From positions 1,116,001-1,180,000 of the forward strand of contig CM022671.1 in assembly GCA_012295275.1 (NCBI GenBank): DNA of 64,000 bases, read 5' to 3'. The notes beneath the pieces were generated by a model. It searched no databases, was not told the origin of the DNA, and saw only the letters and a list, made by a program, of their open reading frames with translations. Below are positions 28,549 to 42,100 of the stretch, piece by piece (positions within the stretch are counted from its first letter, which is position 1; every line of letters starts with the position of its first letter). A program made the position numbers and the translations under genes. Source of the stretch: Chrysomallon squamiferum. Lineage: Eukaryota; Animalia; Mollusca.

Positions 28549-31500
28549 TTATGTACAGTATACACCTGTTTTAACTATTCGTGACAGGCATAATGTGGAA
28601 CTCGAGTATCATCATCAGCAAACCTGACAAGTTGCTGTGACAGTGGCTTAACATCCCTGCTCATGACATGAATAGAAAAACTTTCCCGGACATCTTAGCA
28701 TCAAACTGTTGTGAGCACAGCACATGGACAAAATAAGCTGTGAGTCTGCAGAATCCAATTTTGCTGTGTAATGGTCAACCAAAAGTTAACACCAACCTGT
28801 CCTATGGTCTTACTCCTGAGATCCTATGGTTTATCAAGTACACACTGAGTGTCAGTCTTAAAAACCTGATTGTCTAGGAATTACAGGTAATATTTTAATC
28901 CACTCACACACACAACTTAGATTTTATTCTGCCAAAACCAATGAATGTGGTTACAACAACAAAATGATATTTAACATGAAATTAAATTTATCACAGGTCA
29001 AAAAAAAAAAAAATAAATAAAAAAAATAAAGAAGGTAATTTAGCCTAAAGAACTGAGGATTTTCAGCTAGAAAATACCAAAATTGCAGGCAGCCAACAAT
29101 AATGAAAGAAAGCAAAATTTAAAACAAACTTTAAATATGACTAATAGGTAAACTTCTCCTATCAATCAAATATAGGAAGAAGTTGTTTTTATTCAAAGTA
29201 ATCTTTCTGATCATAAAAAATATTTTTTGTTTACTCATGTTTTGATTGATGTCCACACAATACAGTAAACAATCTGGGGGGCAAAGATTTAACTTCAGAT
29301 GTTTACACAGATGTAATAAATTAAAATACAGCACCATTATTCCATATATGCACATCTTTCTTAAGTTTACACATGCATCACACATATACATACTACATAT
29401 TTACTAGCAGCTGTTAACACAGACTCACACACACACATGCATATGCAAACACCCACAGAGACCTTTATAAAAAAAAGGATGTTTCCAACTTCCCAGATAC
29501 TCAAGCTTTATATATGATATTGCCTAAGTCAAAAGGTTAACTAACGATCAATGTGTTCAGAAGCCAAATGAAAACAAATATGAAAAAGAAGAACTGTGTT
29601 AATATCTGTGTTAATGAATGTTAAATACATATTTATTCTTACTTACAGTTTTAAATTTAGACTCATTTGATAACACCATAACTGAACTTCTATATATAAC
29701 TTTTTAAAAACAAAACTATTTTTTGGCTCAGATCTGTTTTAAATTAGGAAATGGCTACAAATGTGGTTACATCCTTAATCTTATGGCCATTAAATGGGAC
29801 ATTAATGATTTTACCAGCTGTTATGGGGCAATAAAAGAATTAATTTTAATGTCATGATACATACAGAAATAGTGTAAAATCATGACATAGACCATTCAAC
29901 ATCCCAATTCTCAGCATGTTTAAGTGTGGCCTGCTGATATCTGAACACACACAGAGAAATAAATTCCAGCTAATCCTCACATTCACAGTGGGATAGGAAC
30001 ATCATCTAATACTTAAACAATATTTAAAGCCAGGGTCAGCATTTAACTTTGATCTTCTGTTGTATTATCCATCTGACCAGATTAATATTTATATGATTCA
30101 GTTTAATTTCTAGATGAATGCAAGTGTAAAAGATTAATGATAAAACTAAAATATATATTAACATTATAATTTTACATGCATAATACTTACATTTATATAA
30201 TGTATAAATAAGAAAACAATGTAAATTCCTAAATAATTAGTTACATGTTATTCAGGAATAATCATACTATAATGACTAAATATATTTCCGAAAGACTGCT
30301 ACTGCCTATGATAAGCTAAAGAGACTAATTTACTATTATAAAAATCAAAATTAAATAACTTTTATTTTATTTTATTATCACCTAATTTTTTTAATTTTTA
30401 AATTATAATAATCAGCATTTAAGGTAAGATAACTCAGTGTCAAGTACACACTTACAAGGCAACAATATAACAATAACGTATTGTTCCCATTAAGCAACAA
30501 CCATCTTCTCAGGTTTTGAACTTCTCAACCCCTGCCTTGGATCAGGAAGCACAAATATAAATATCAGCTATCCACATTATTCTTTTGACTATGATAAACA
30601 CTTTACACACATTTAAACAAAAATTATTATTTTCTTTAAGTTTTTAAATCTAAAAAATACAATTTTGCTATAGCATTAGATCTTGATCTATGCAAAATAT
30701 ATTGCTTGTGAAATGTAAAAAATGAAAAATAAACAAATAAATAAATAAATAAATAACTATTAAGTATATATAATTAACAACTGCTAACATTATTACTAAA
30801 TTATGTTAATTTGCTATAGTGTATTTCTGTAATTATTCATATCAATTAGTGTCATTAGTGCAGAACAAATGACTTATGGTAACAGGTGTAAGATTCTATT
30901 AACCACAAGAATAACATGCATTTAGAAATAGAATCTAGATATTTTAAACCTTATCATTCTTACAATACAATAAAACACAAAAGAACAACATAACATATAT
31001 GATATAACATTATAAAACAAAAATAAAATAAAATAAAATTACACAAGAAAATATGAAATAAATTTAATAACTATTTCATATATACTAAAAATATTTGATC
31101 TGACATTTGGATTTATGTATTAGTATTAATAATGACATAAAGGCTACAAATGAAGAAAAGGAAAAAAACACTAGCACAAAGAAACAAACATTATCTTTTA
31201 GTTGTTTATCCATATGAAAAAAGAAAATAAGCATGAAAAAGAAAGAAACCAAGGATACTTTTAATTTTATTTATAACATTTATTATAATTATTTTCAGTA
31301 TTAATGTTAAAGTCTGAAACCCTCAGTTATTTACACAAAGAACATCAGGTACAACAATACAAAATGACCTAATTTTCATATGTTTACAACCTGAAAAAGT
31401 CAGGAAAAAACCCACATTAGCCCTCAGAATACCTGAATGAGTGTTACTGACTGTTAATCAATATAAGAACTTACCCAACAATACAGATGTACATGATGTT

Positions 31501-34500
31501 GAATGAACAAGTGTGGTCTTCAGTTCTAATAATCAAATTCTGTCATCATATTCCATGTCAATGTTGTGAAACATTATTTTAATGAAGCATGTGAATGAAT
31601 TCATGCAAAACCATGTTTATCCTTTCATATCCATGAACAAAACATCTGTCCAATTAAAACTTGTGGTTAGCGCAGCTGCCTGGCAGACAGTCTTATAAAC
31701 ATGACCACAAAGAGAGCATTGGACATTCACTGGCTTCCTAGCTATCCTCTAACAAACTGTCACAGTAAACCACTGAAGAATAAGACAAAATTAACTTCTG
31801 TCCAGAAGAACTATAATTTTTTTCTGCCATGGATACAGTTTCAAAAGACAGTAATTCAATGTTTCAATGATTCTGATCTTTGCTCTTATCCAAAACAAAA
31901 AAACACAAACAGAGGCAACCTGTTACCCCTACAATTAAATGGATGGATTACCCCAGCAGATATGATGAACCAGGAGACATCAGTCCTGGCATGTGCCATT
32001 TCATGATACCAGAGAGACAACCTGTAGGGAAAGATATATTGCAGTAGCACATGGCAGCAATGATCTATATAGGGGGTCAGTTTTTCATTAACAATAGTTA
32101 GTTCTTGATCACAACTAAATAAAAACACCATAGTCACAGTTTATCATATATTTATTGCTTTTCTCTGAAAAGGTTATGAATACACTTTTGAAACTTTATA
32201 AGTAATTAAATAACTATAAACTGAAAAGTCCCATTAAGAACAACACAGGATTTTTCTTTGATAAAACAACAAAAGAACTAACATTCAGCAAAGGGCTTGC
32301 ATTATAGATTCCAGAAAGAACAGAGGACACTTAGTAAACAGACATTAAGGTACAACAGTTATACATCAAACATGTTTCAGCCTGAACTAGTATTTTCTTC
32401 TCACAAACCAGTGTGGTATCTTTAAAATCTCTTGTAGATATAATCAGCCCCAGCTGTTATATATAAAGTGGATTAGCAACCAATCTACACAATAAAAAGA
32501 CACCTATTCTGGTATGAAATATTAGGAACTAGTGTAAATCAATCTGAGAAAAGAGTTATACAGCACGACTCAGCAGCTGATAAGCCTTAATACTTCTGTT
32601 GAGAATAAATTTACTATTTGTCAATCATATACTTCACACCTGTATCCAATAGACTGAATAGAGATGACTCTTTAACTAAGACGTTTCACATAACAAGATA
32701 TGCTGATAAATTTTTAGTCCCTTTGACAGCATTCCTAAGCAAATACAACTGTTAGAATAATTTGTCAAAATATGGAATCATTTTCTATCATATGATGGAG
32801 ATCAGAAAAATCATTCAAGGTATCTTTTCTTAAATATTTCTATAAAATTTTTGTTTTTTCTATTTATTTATGCTCTTGGAAATAAGTCAGATTTAGTAAC
32901 AATAAATATAACTATATTAAATACAATGAAAAAAGACTATCTGGTTTTTAACATATAGTAAATATAAAATGAATGATAAAAATATTTTAAAGCAATAAAA
33001 ATAATACATTTATAAATTATCTCCTTTACACACATACAGTATTAAGTTTATTATTTAACAGTTCATGTGCATATAGAGAAATTAGAATGAAAAGTGCTAA
33101 ATTGATATTATACTGAACACAAATTTTATGTCATTTAATAGGACATAGAAAGAAAAAGAGTAAAACAAATTAATCTGATAAAGATTTTTAATATTATACA
33201 GAATGTAATAAACATTTTCAAAGCTGTTATTTGATTCATGACTAGCAATACATTAACATCGGTTCAAAGCCAATTTGGCCTTCTTGTATTGGGGTCCACA
33301 ACAATGCCATGCTAGTTAATAACAGCAATTACACTACAGCCAATGACTGCCATTCAACATTTCCTCTTGAAATCATGTGCACTGATTATATTTGTGGTAC
33401 ACCCATTGTTCAGTTCAAACTGGCCAACACATGAATATAACCAATCTGAGAATGTGCTAAAGAGGAGTAAAGTTTAACAACAACATTCATAAATGAAATG
33501 ATTGTGGTTAAATTGGTTTCTAGAATGAAAATTATGGAATTTAGAATGAGTGAGTATTATTTGATCTGCTAATAAATCATAAATTTACATATTTATTAAA
33601 ACTGGCAGATATAAACTACACTTCAATCTATCTTTAGCCAAAATTAAGTTTTTACAAAACATCAATAACAATGTTGAAATTTGCTGTAACTGAAACATTT
33701 TTCTTCATTCATATATCTTTTTTAAATGCTTTTTTTTTTTATCAGAAAACAACTTTCTACAAAAGCAATATATTACACTCAACAGCAGTATAATTTTATA
33801 TGCATCATAACCAACTTCCAACCAAAATACATGGTTCATATTCATTTACTTTCAAACTTCAACTTCAGTTTAAAACACAATGACCTTTAAGGTTTGGTAG
33901 CTTGAGATCAAATTATATCTTTCATTTTCCTTTTTATTATTATTATTATTTTTTAATTTATTTAATTTAAAATGAGGATATTTATGGATAATTATATAAA
34001 ACCGATACAAATTTACTTTTAATTAACTTTGTAATTGAATGTAAAATCTGTATTTTGAAGTTTTCATAATTTTCCAAACTTCATTAATGTATCAGTTGGA
34101 ATTATTTGTATGATTTGTACTGTAGAAAAGGATTATCAAGTTGTGCAGCATTTACTAGCATGAGAAATACTAGAAACTTAATGGTGCATTTAAAACTGAT
34201 CTTCTAATCTGCTTTATAGCCTACAAGCAAATAGGAAAAGAGCTAAGCATAGAGAAAGAGAGAGAAAAGACAGACTCAACTACAGGCAGATAAAGGGAAG
34301 TAACCTGGAAGTTTTGTATTACAAAGAATGCAGTCTTGTCATGTAATGTAACTTGATTAGTTGACATTGTACACAAATGTCACTGAAACTGAATTTCTAC
34401 TTATTACGATACACATATTTACATACATATAATTTTTTACATTTGAGAGTAACTTTAATTAAATAATTTTTCATCAAAAATTTTTCTTATTAAATTGTTT

Positions 34501-35604
34501 ACAATAAAATAGCTGTAATGTTAGAAGAAATATTAGACAAAATATACTAACTGCATTTAAATTTCATGCAGTGTGCTAACAGCAACATAACTGTTCAAAC
34601 ACCACTACTTATAAAAGAAGAAAAAAGTAGATGCTGACTTCAAAATATTTATTTTTAAATTGTTATCTAATATTACTGCCAATGCATTTCAATGTATTAT
34701 GTTAACAATTATGGAGTACAAACAATCACAAAGCGACTCTTTAAATTATTTATTTTTAAAAAGTTTTTAAAATATCAATGCCATTCAATAAATCAGAAGA
34801 CAGAATAAAAATTTGTATACATTTTATTAGTGTATTAACATCCTGTTTATCAAGTCTATAAATAAAACGACCTGATCTCTGAAGTCAGGTTAGTGATACA
34901 ATGATACATGCAGTTGCATACCTTTGATTATTTATACATGTACATTCATTTGCAAAGAATGTATCTGTTTACAAAATCACTATTAATATTTATTTTTAGT
35001 TACAAATTCAAGTAAAAGGAATATCATTATAATGGGACAGACAAAGTTTTGACACATATTATTGCTATGTTATTCAGAGCCAGCTGAATATTATAGAATA
35101 GACACATCTTTATACACTGGTGTCTGAGCTGAAGTGTGTATCACATTATCTTGCTACTATGCACCAATACTGTGACATCGCATATTTTTGCTTTAATTTT
35201 ATCAAAACATTATCAGTAAAAAAAATAACAGATATGCTGACCTTATAACTATTGTCATAACAGTGTGAAGTGTCATTATATAAACATATATTCATTGATT
35301 CCCAAACAATATTTTTAAGATGACACATCTTTGTATATACTGTAACATATCCTTATCTTTCATTCTTTTTTTTATGTTTGTTGTTGTTTTAATTATGAAA
35401 TATCCTTTATCTTTGTTAAGTATATTATTTTCTAACATAAATTCATCTTTATTATTACCATTCTCAGTAGAGCTTGGTTGTGACTTTATTATTCTTTAAC
35501 ATATTAATACATTTTATTATTAACATAAATAAGATATCATTTGTTCTAAATTATGGAAACTATTGCAAAATGTAAAAATTATACTGTGATTTTTTTAATA
35601 AACT

Positions 35605-35754
35605 TTTCCTACAGAGCAAGAAAGCATATATATATTTTAGCATATGACAAACCAGTTGTGAAACAACATGCAACACTGGAATAAATCCACTGAATGTAAC
35701 TGAACCTGCAACCTATCATGCCTCAGACATATGCTCTAAACTGAGCCATAGCCC
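35605..35754 (-). mobile_element. Decayed tRNA-derived SINE
   Basis: Minus strand starts GGGCTATGGCTCAGTTTAGAGCA (A-box-like) ... GGTTGCAGGTTCA (B-box-like); no intact cloverleaf. Confidence 0.55.
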
Positions 35755-36486
35755 TTTCCTTTAATGATTTACAGGACAACCAATGTTGTAAATTTTAAAA
35801 TATGATATACCAGCAAACATTATCTAGTACACCTCTAGAAATCATTATGCAAATTTCACAGATCATTAAACAATTCCAAAAATTGTTATGTAATTGTTTG
35901 ATCAAATAAAAATAAATAAGTAAATAAATAAATAAATAAAATAAGAGAGACTTTTAGTGATGTTGAATTGTCAAAATTTTGAAGAAAAAAATAGAAGAAA
36001 AAAGTTTTTTCTGCATTATAATTTACTATTTATTTTAAAAATACATACATCTTTTAAATATTACACATACAAAAATAAGATTTACTGTTTAATATGATAC
36101 ATAATCATTTTATTACAGATTTCTTGTACAAGACGCCAAGAGGGTCTTTTTGAAAATTTCAATGTACATTATAACAGTAAATGGCAAATGTATAATTAAC
36201 CTAAAACTGTTATTGCATAGTTTTAAACAATTCATTTCATTGTCAGTACAGCAGTTAATATAACCAGCAATCTGGTTTCTGTACGTCTGCATCAATATTT
36301 GTTAACATTTCGGTCAGTTTAATCAGAATTTGCACTGCCCTTTGACCTTAGAATCTTGGCCAATGATTACCCAGACTATACAATATCTACACTAAAAGAA
36401 ATAAACTTGTATATGTTGTACCTTTTTATCTGCAACAATGCCAAACATATACACACCGACAGAAATGAAACAAACGTAGAACTCAC

Positions 36487-36704
36487 CTGTCATTTACGGG
36501 GCCGTTGACATCAATCAGACTGAAGATTGCTATCTGTTTCAGTAGCTTATCGCGTTCTTGGCTCACTTGTTTCACTTCTTGTTGAAGTAGAACTATTTTC
36601 TGAGCTTGTCGTTCAATAATTTTATCTTTTTCTAAGAGTAATTTGTGTAGTTCTTCCATGCTTCTTGGGCCAACGACAGTAACACCTTCGGTGTTGTCGT
36701 CCAT
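36487..36704 (-). CDS. First coding exon of an unidentified large gene, with an N-terminal coiled coil
   Basis: ATG at 36704 (GAAATGG context), 72 codons + 2 nt, perfect CAG|GTGAGT donor. Heptad-like MEELHKLLLEKDKIIERQAQKIVLLQQEVKQVSQERDKLLKQI. Sits in a CpG-rich patch. Only loosely reminiscent of the cGMP-dependent kinase leucine zipper; not assignable. Confidence 0.8.
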
Positions 36705-37320
36705 TTCCAATGTTTACCTTATTTCCGCATTTCGGCCATGTTACCACACCAGACGTGACTGTCAAATCAGGTCAGGGGTCAGAAAGTTTGTTCCAACGTC
36801 GACCAATTATATTAATTAAAATTATGAAAACATTCTCACAACCGCTAAACATCAGCATGCAAATATTCAGCAACGGGGTACAATCAGCTTATCATATTAA
36901 ATGAAAACAAAACTGTCAAAATAAACTGAACTGTGATACATATCACACCACCATACACGCTTCAACAATTCCGGAAGTGTAATTGAAAGAAACTACTTTC
37001 TAATCGGGGTGATTCCAAAAAGGATCTCTTAAGGGGAGGTTTAGGGATCTCTAGGGGTCGTTGGATAGTTGATCGTAAGACATTAAAAACAATCGTATCA
37101 TTGTCAATTTCTGCATAAATAAATAATAAAAATTGATAATGCCTCTATTAAATTTAGTTTATTGGAAATTATGGGTGGCATGATTAAATGGCGTTAGGTA
37201 AACGTCCTTATCACGGTTCTGGTGTGACATACAGGTTTTTCTGATTGTCCTAAATGAAGAAAAACACTCAGTCATTGTAACATCATTATAATAATATTAC
37301 GTACCATTTGTAGGTATTGC
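36705..37320 (-). promoter_or_regulatory. CpG-retaining promoter/5'UTR with YY1-type (36733-36742) and ETS (CCGGAAGT, 36971-36978) motifs
   Basis: Local CpG enrichment directly upstream of the 36704 ATG; motifs read directly from the sequence. Confidence 0.65.
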
Positions 37321-38889
37321 ATTTATAACTCTGATGATATTTACTGATAGACCCACGAATCAGAAATATATTTTTAATATACTTTTTTACGTGTGCATTT
37401 TCTTCATTTATTTGTGTTTTTTTATATGAGTTTTATTTACTGCTACTACTACTACTACTATACAATTTTAAAACTATTTTTAATGATTATTTGTTGTTTC
37501 AATTGCTTCTTTTATTCACTTTGTATTAAATGAGGCCTTTTCTAAACATGGTTTAAATAACTTATTATTATTATTATTATTATTAGCAATTTATGTATTA
37601 TTAAAGAGAAAAGTAATATTCGTATCTTTTTAAGAAGACCACCCATAAAAAAAAAAAAAATAAAAAACAATCATGCAAATGGAAATTCCAGATACAAATT
37701 TATCTTACATAGATTGCAACAACGTAAAAGTACAGCAATATTAAAAATGAATAAATCAAATGTGCATGATTCTTATACCAGTAAAAATAAGTCTCCGATT
37801 TTTTGTTTTACTAACACCTGATTAGAAAGTCATTATCAGATCTTCATATAAATGATCACTCTGAACTGATTACCATTAATAAAATGAACTTCAATTATAT
37901 TTCATTTAAATAATTATAGTACAGATTTCGGTATAAGTGATTTGTTTAAACATTTTTTTTTTTTAAATTATAACATAAATTACCTGCTAGCTTTTCTTAA
38001 ATTTTAAAATTTTAAACAACAAAACAAACACATTTTAAATTACTCTTCAGTTTATTTTATTTAAACAAATGTACCATCATAGAGAAAAAAAACAAAAACA
38101 TTTTAATCATATGGACATTTTGTTTTCTTGAACTCTACAAGAAGCAGTGACAGTAAATGATAGTATTTACACACAGTTAAACAAACACACAAAAAAAACA
38201 ACAACTGTAACATATAATTTTTATAAATTTGATAACAAAGAATAATAAATTACAGAACAAAAATTAAAATAACAACAAAATAACCCAACCTAAGTAAACG
38301 GAAGAGTGGACCAAAGCCAAACAACATGATCCTATGGTATTTGAAATACAAGGTGAAATAATGTGTAATCTATATCTACAATTTTTAATATATATAATGA
38401 AAGTTATGATCTGAATTATACAAAATGAAAATGTACTTATTAAAAAACAAAATCATGTTCATCATCATTATAGTCAGGCAGCTCTCCAGTATCAGCACCT
38501 TACTAAAACATCTAATATTTATTATTAGTCCCATTAAAAAATTTTGAAAGATATTTGGTATAAATATAAATTTTACTGATTTTATTTCGTTCTTTGATCC
38601 TACTTTGGGATCTTAATAACATTAATACCAACACTTTATTTTTAGACTGATTTTTGTGAAATTTAAAAAAATCATTTTCCAGATTTAAAAAAGTAAAAAC
38701 ATATATACTTTAATAGAAAAGCACAAAACTTTAATCATTAACCTAGATCTAGAGAAAAGGATTATAGTAGAAAAAGTAAGAAAAATATTTTGTATTCAGC
38801 AGTCATGAAAAAAGAAGAAAAAGATTAAAGATTAGATAAGATATATGAACATCATACTTTATCAATATTAATTAATAGCGATAATCAAT

Positions 38890-39115
38890 CAGGTTTCAGG
38901 ATTATTAACATAAAATCAGATTTAAGGAGTAATTAAACCCAAGCTTCAAGGAACAATACTTAAGGTATATTAATAAAGTAAAAGAAACCATACTTTCAGA
39001 ACATCTGACATTAACTATAAGGACACCAAACTTCAGGAATAATCACTGTTTCAAGAACAACTCCAGGAACTGCAGACATCAGCAATAAGGACACTGTACT
39101 TCAGATATACAACAA
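38890..39115 (+). repeat. Decayed tandem repeat
   Basis: GACAT..C.ATAAGGACAC...ACTTCAG occurs twice (~39007, ~39075), plus several TTCA(A/G)GAA units. Confidence 0.5.
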
Positions 39116-42100
39116 AAAATAAATCTTTTTCTAGAGGTAGTAGTACAATATGAAATCAAATTTAAAAGATATATATATATGTATATATATATAGAAAAAG
39201 ATTTTTGTTTCATTAAAACTGTTTTCTTTTTCTTAAATATTTTACAACGGAACAATAAACACCATCTCACAATTCCAGTTCCCAATACCTGAATAACAGA
39301 GATAAGCATGTCATTTAAACATTTATTTTATGTTCTTATTCAGGCATGCATTTTCTGTATAAGCTAAAGCTACTAACATAAGACAATAAATAAGTAATAA
39401 AAGAACAAAACAAACCCAAACCAAGCATTTAATATTAGTCAATGTTTATTACTTTTTTCCAAACCTATTTTATTTGTATCCATTTTTTAATCTGTATTCA
39501 GCTTATTCCCTCACCCTCTATAAATATGTTAATCACAACCTCTTTATTACAGACTAATCCAAACTTCTCCCCACTCCCTTTTCATCCTACCTTGTTTCAA
39601 ACTTTACACCTACCCATTTAAAATGCATTCTCCACACTTTTGTTTCAAAGTTTTTTCACCTAACAGCTTTTAATGATGCATCAGACCTTTCAGAAGCAGT
39701 ATTACATGTTCATGTTTATACCAACTGCATATTAACAACAAACACCCCCCTCATAAAAAAACAAAACAAAAAAAACAAAAACAATAAAAAATATTATATA
39801 AACAATAAATAAATAAAAATTAAAAATTAAACTAATGTGGAAATTAATGACTAGTAATCTAATATTAGTAAATATGGATGAAAATATAAGCCAACAGTCT
39901 TTTGCAGATTGTTGTAATTTAAAATAAAACTTTTAACAAGCATTTGATGAAAACAGGTACTTCAAATGAATGAATAATGACTTTCCAGCACAATGAAAAC
40001 ATTGAATACTGGACATCAGAAAGTGGTTGTAAAGCTTTGATACAGATGGAAATTAATGATCCTGCATTTGATGGAAGTCAACACAAAAATGGTGAATGTG
40101 CAATGAATCCTGTTCACAATGATCATCTTATAAGAGTGAACAAATAACAACTTAATAAAGAAATAATTAACAATGTTGTTAATATGGTGACTATCAAAAC
40201 TGAAAGTAGTCATTAGCCTTTCCATAAAAAATATAAAACATACAGTACTCAAATACAAAATTTAATAATAAACAAAATAACAAGGAAAATCCCAATAAAG
40301 CAAACTGAAAATAAAATGCAGATTTTTTCAAATTCAAGTGAGTTTTATACTAAAATATGTTTGAACAGAAATTGCATTTTCCCCACCCATTAACAAACAG
40401 ATTAATCTATATTAATGGACAGTAAAACACAACAGTAAGCACTATCATTAGCCTACAGCACACTTGACTTGAGGAATGGCTTCTTCAGCCATGATCAAGT
40501 GTAAATACAGCATATATGTAGTATATATACATAACTTCTACAATAAAATGTAGCACCCTCCAGATTTCTGGAACATTTCATAAGATGGTTATTGCTGACC
40601 CTCATCTTCACAGACCTTGGTTTTCTGGATTTCAGGAAATCTGGACCAAATGTGGAGAAATCACAAAATATTAACTTAAACAGTACCACTGGGTACTATT
40701 AAGGTATTCCGAGTTTCATAATATGATCATGGCAATCCTCTCTCAAGCCACTTTTCATCAAGGTAAGAGTAATCATACCCATAACCATCCTAACCTAACA
40801 AATTTCACCCAATCCAGCCCTCATTTTTCTATTGTGTTTTTTCTTTACATTGCTCACATTGTTTTGTGTCTGTATATTATTCTTACATTATTATATTACT
40901 GTATTATAAAGCATTTATGTGTACTATAGTTTAATGTTTTAGTAAATTTTATAGTTAATGTTCACATTCATGGCCACCCAGATTTCTGAACCAATGCTAC
41001 CCACCATTAGTCTGTGAAATCGAGAGTCAACAGCATTTGGTTTTAAGGATAATGTCATATTAACATAATTATATTCATAACTATATCAATGGTTTTTTAA
41101 AGACCATATTAACTAAAGAAACTAGGAATAAAAATGCATTTGCATTTGTGTGTTTGTTCTGTGTGTAAAAATGAACATGTGTTTCTTTCAATCAAACTGT
41201 AAAATAAACTATTAAAATTATTTTCATGGAAACTGCCAACATTTCGAATCACACACATCTCACAATGCAATCACCCACTGCAGTAAATCATGATTAATAC
41301 TTTTGTTTGAACCTGAACAACAATATTTAAAGACATTGTACGAAATGGTTTTAAGGGATCATATACAAAATATATCTAATGGAAGGGGAAATGGGCATAG
41401 GTTATAAAACAGAAGGGAAAAATTCAAAACACTGTGTATATATATTTTATAGACAGCTGCAAAGCTTCTTAATTGAATTTGTTATTAAAAAAAACAAAAA
41501 AACAAAAAAACCCATTATAATAAAATATCAGAAACCCATAAGTGCAGAAAAGTTTGTACATTCTTTAGTAAAATTGTTAGAAAAAAGGATGAAAGTAAAG
41601 TTGCATAATAAATTGGTGTACAAGAGTAATCAACATAATACAGTGATTATCCGACAACAGATAATTAAATTACAACAATAAACTGACAAATAAAACATTA
41701 AAACAAAATAAAAGAAATAAAAAATTAACAACTTCTGTTAGTTTTAGGGGAAAAAATTAACAATAATTATCATTATTATTACTGATTTGTTTTTTTAAAT
41801 TAATGTTTGTTTCACACTTCTTTTTTACATAAGGATACATTTTAAAAACTGAAAACTTGAGTTAATATAACAGTAAAGAGAGAAATTACTATTCTAGATA
41901 TTTATGAATGTTTCTGTATTGTATTGTCTGAACAAAGATGTGGAAAAGACAAGATTGTAAAAGCATGTTATTATATAAATAATTTTCACTGGGTCTAAAT
42001 ATCAATTGTCAGCAACAGGGTACATTTCCAAAACTAATCTTGTAACTAATAAAATTTTAATGAGTTTAAGTTAATACTAACAAAGAAAAATGTTAAAATA

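Larger units (their letters stand above)
1..36486 (-). other. Very long intronic region of the coiled-coil gene (runs past the window start)
   Basis: Begins with GTGAGT at 36486. No long coding exon recognised. CpG-depleted like a methylated gene body. Confidence 0.6.

Noticed and set aside
35690-35754. tRNA gene
   Set aside because: A/B boxes are degenerate and there is no acceptor stem; better explained as a SINE head.
36487-36704. Naming the gene PRKG1/foraging or PDE4
   Set aside because: Only a generic coiled coil and intron phase agree; no pseudosubstrate or downstream domains are visible.
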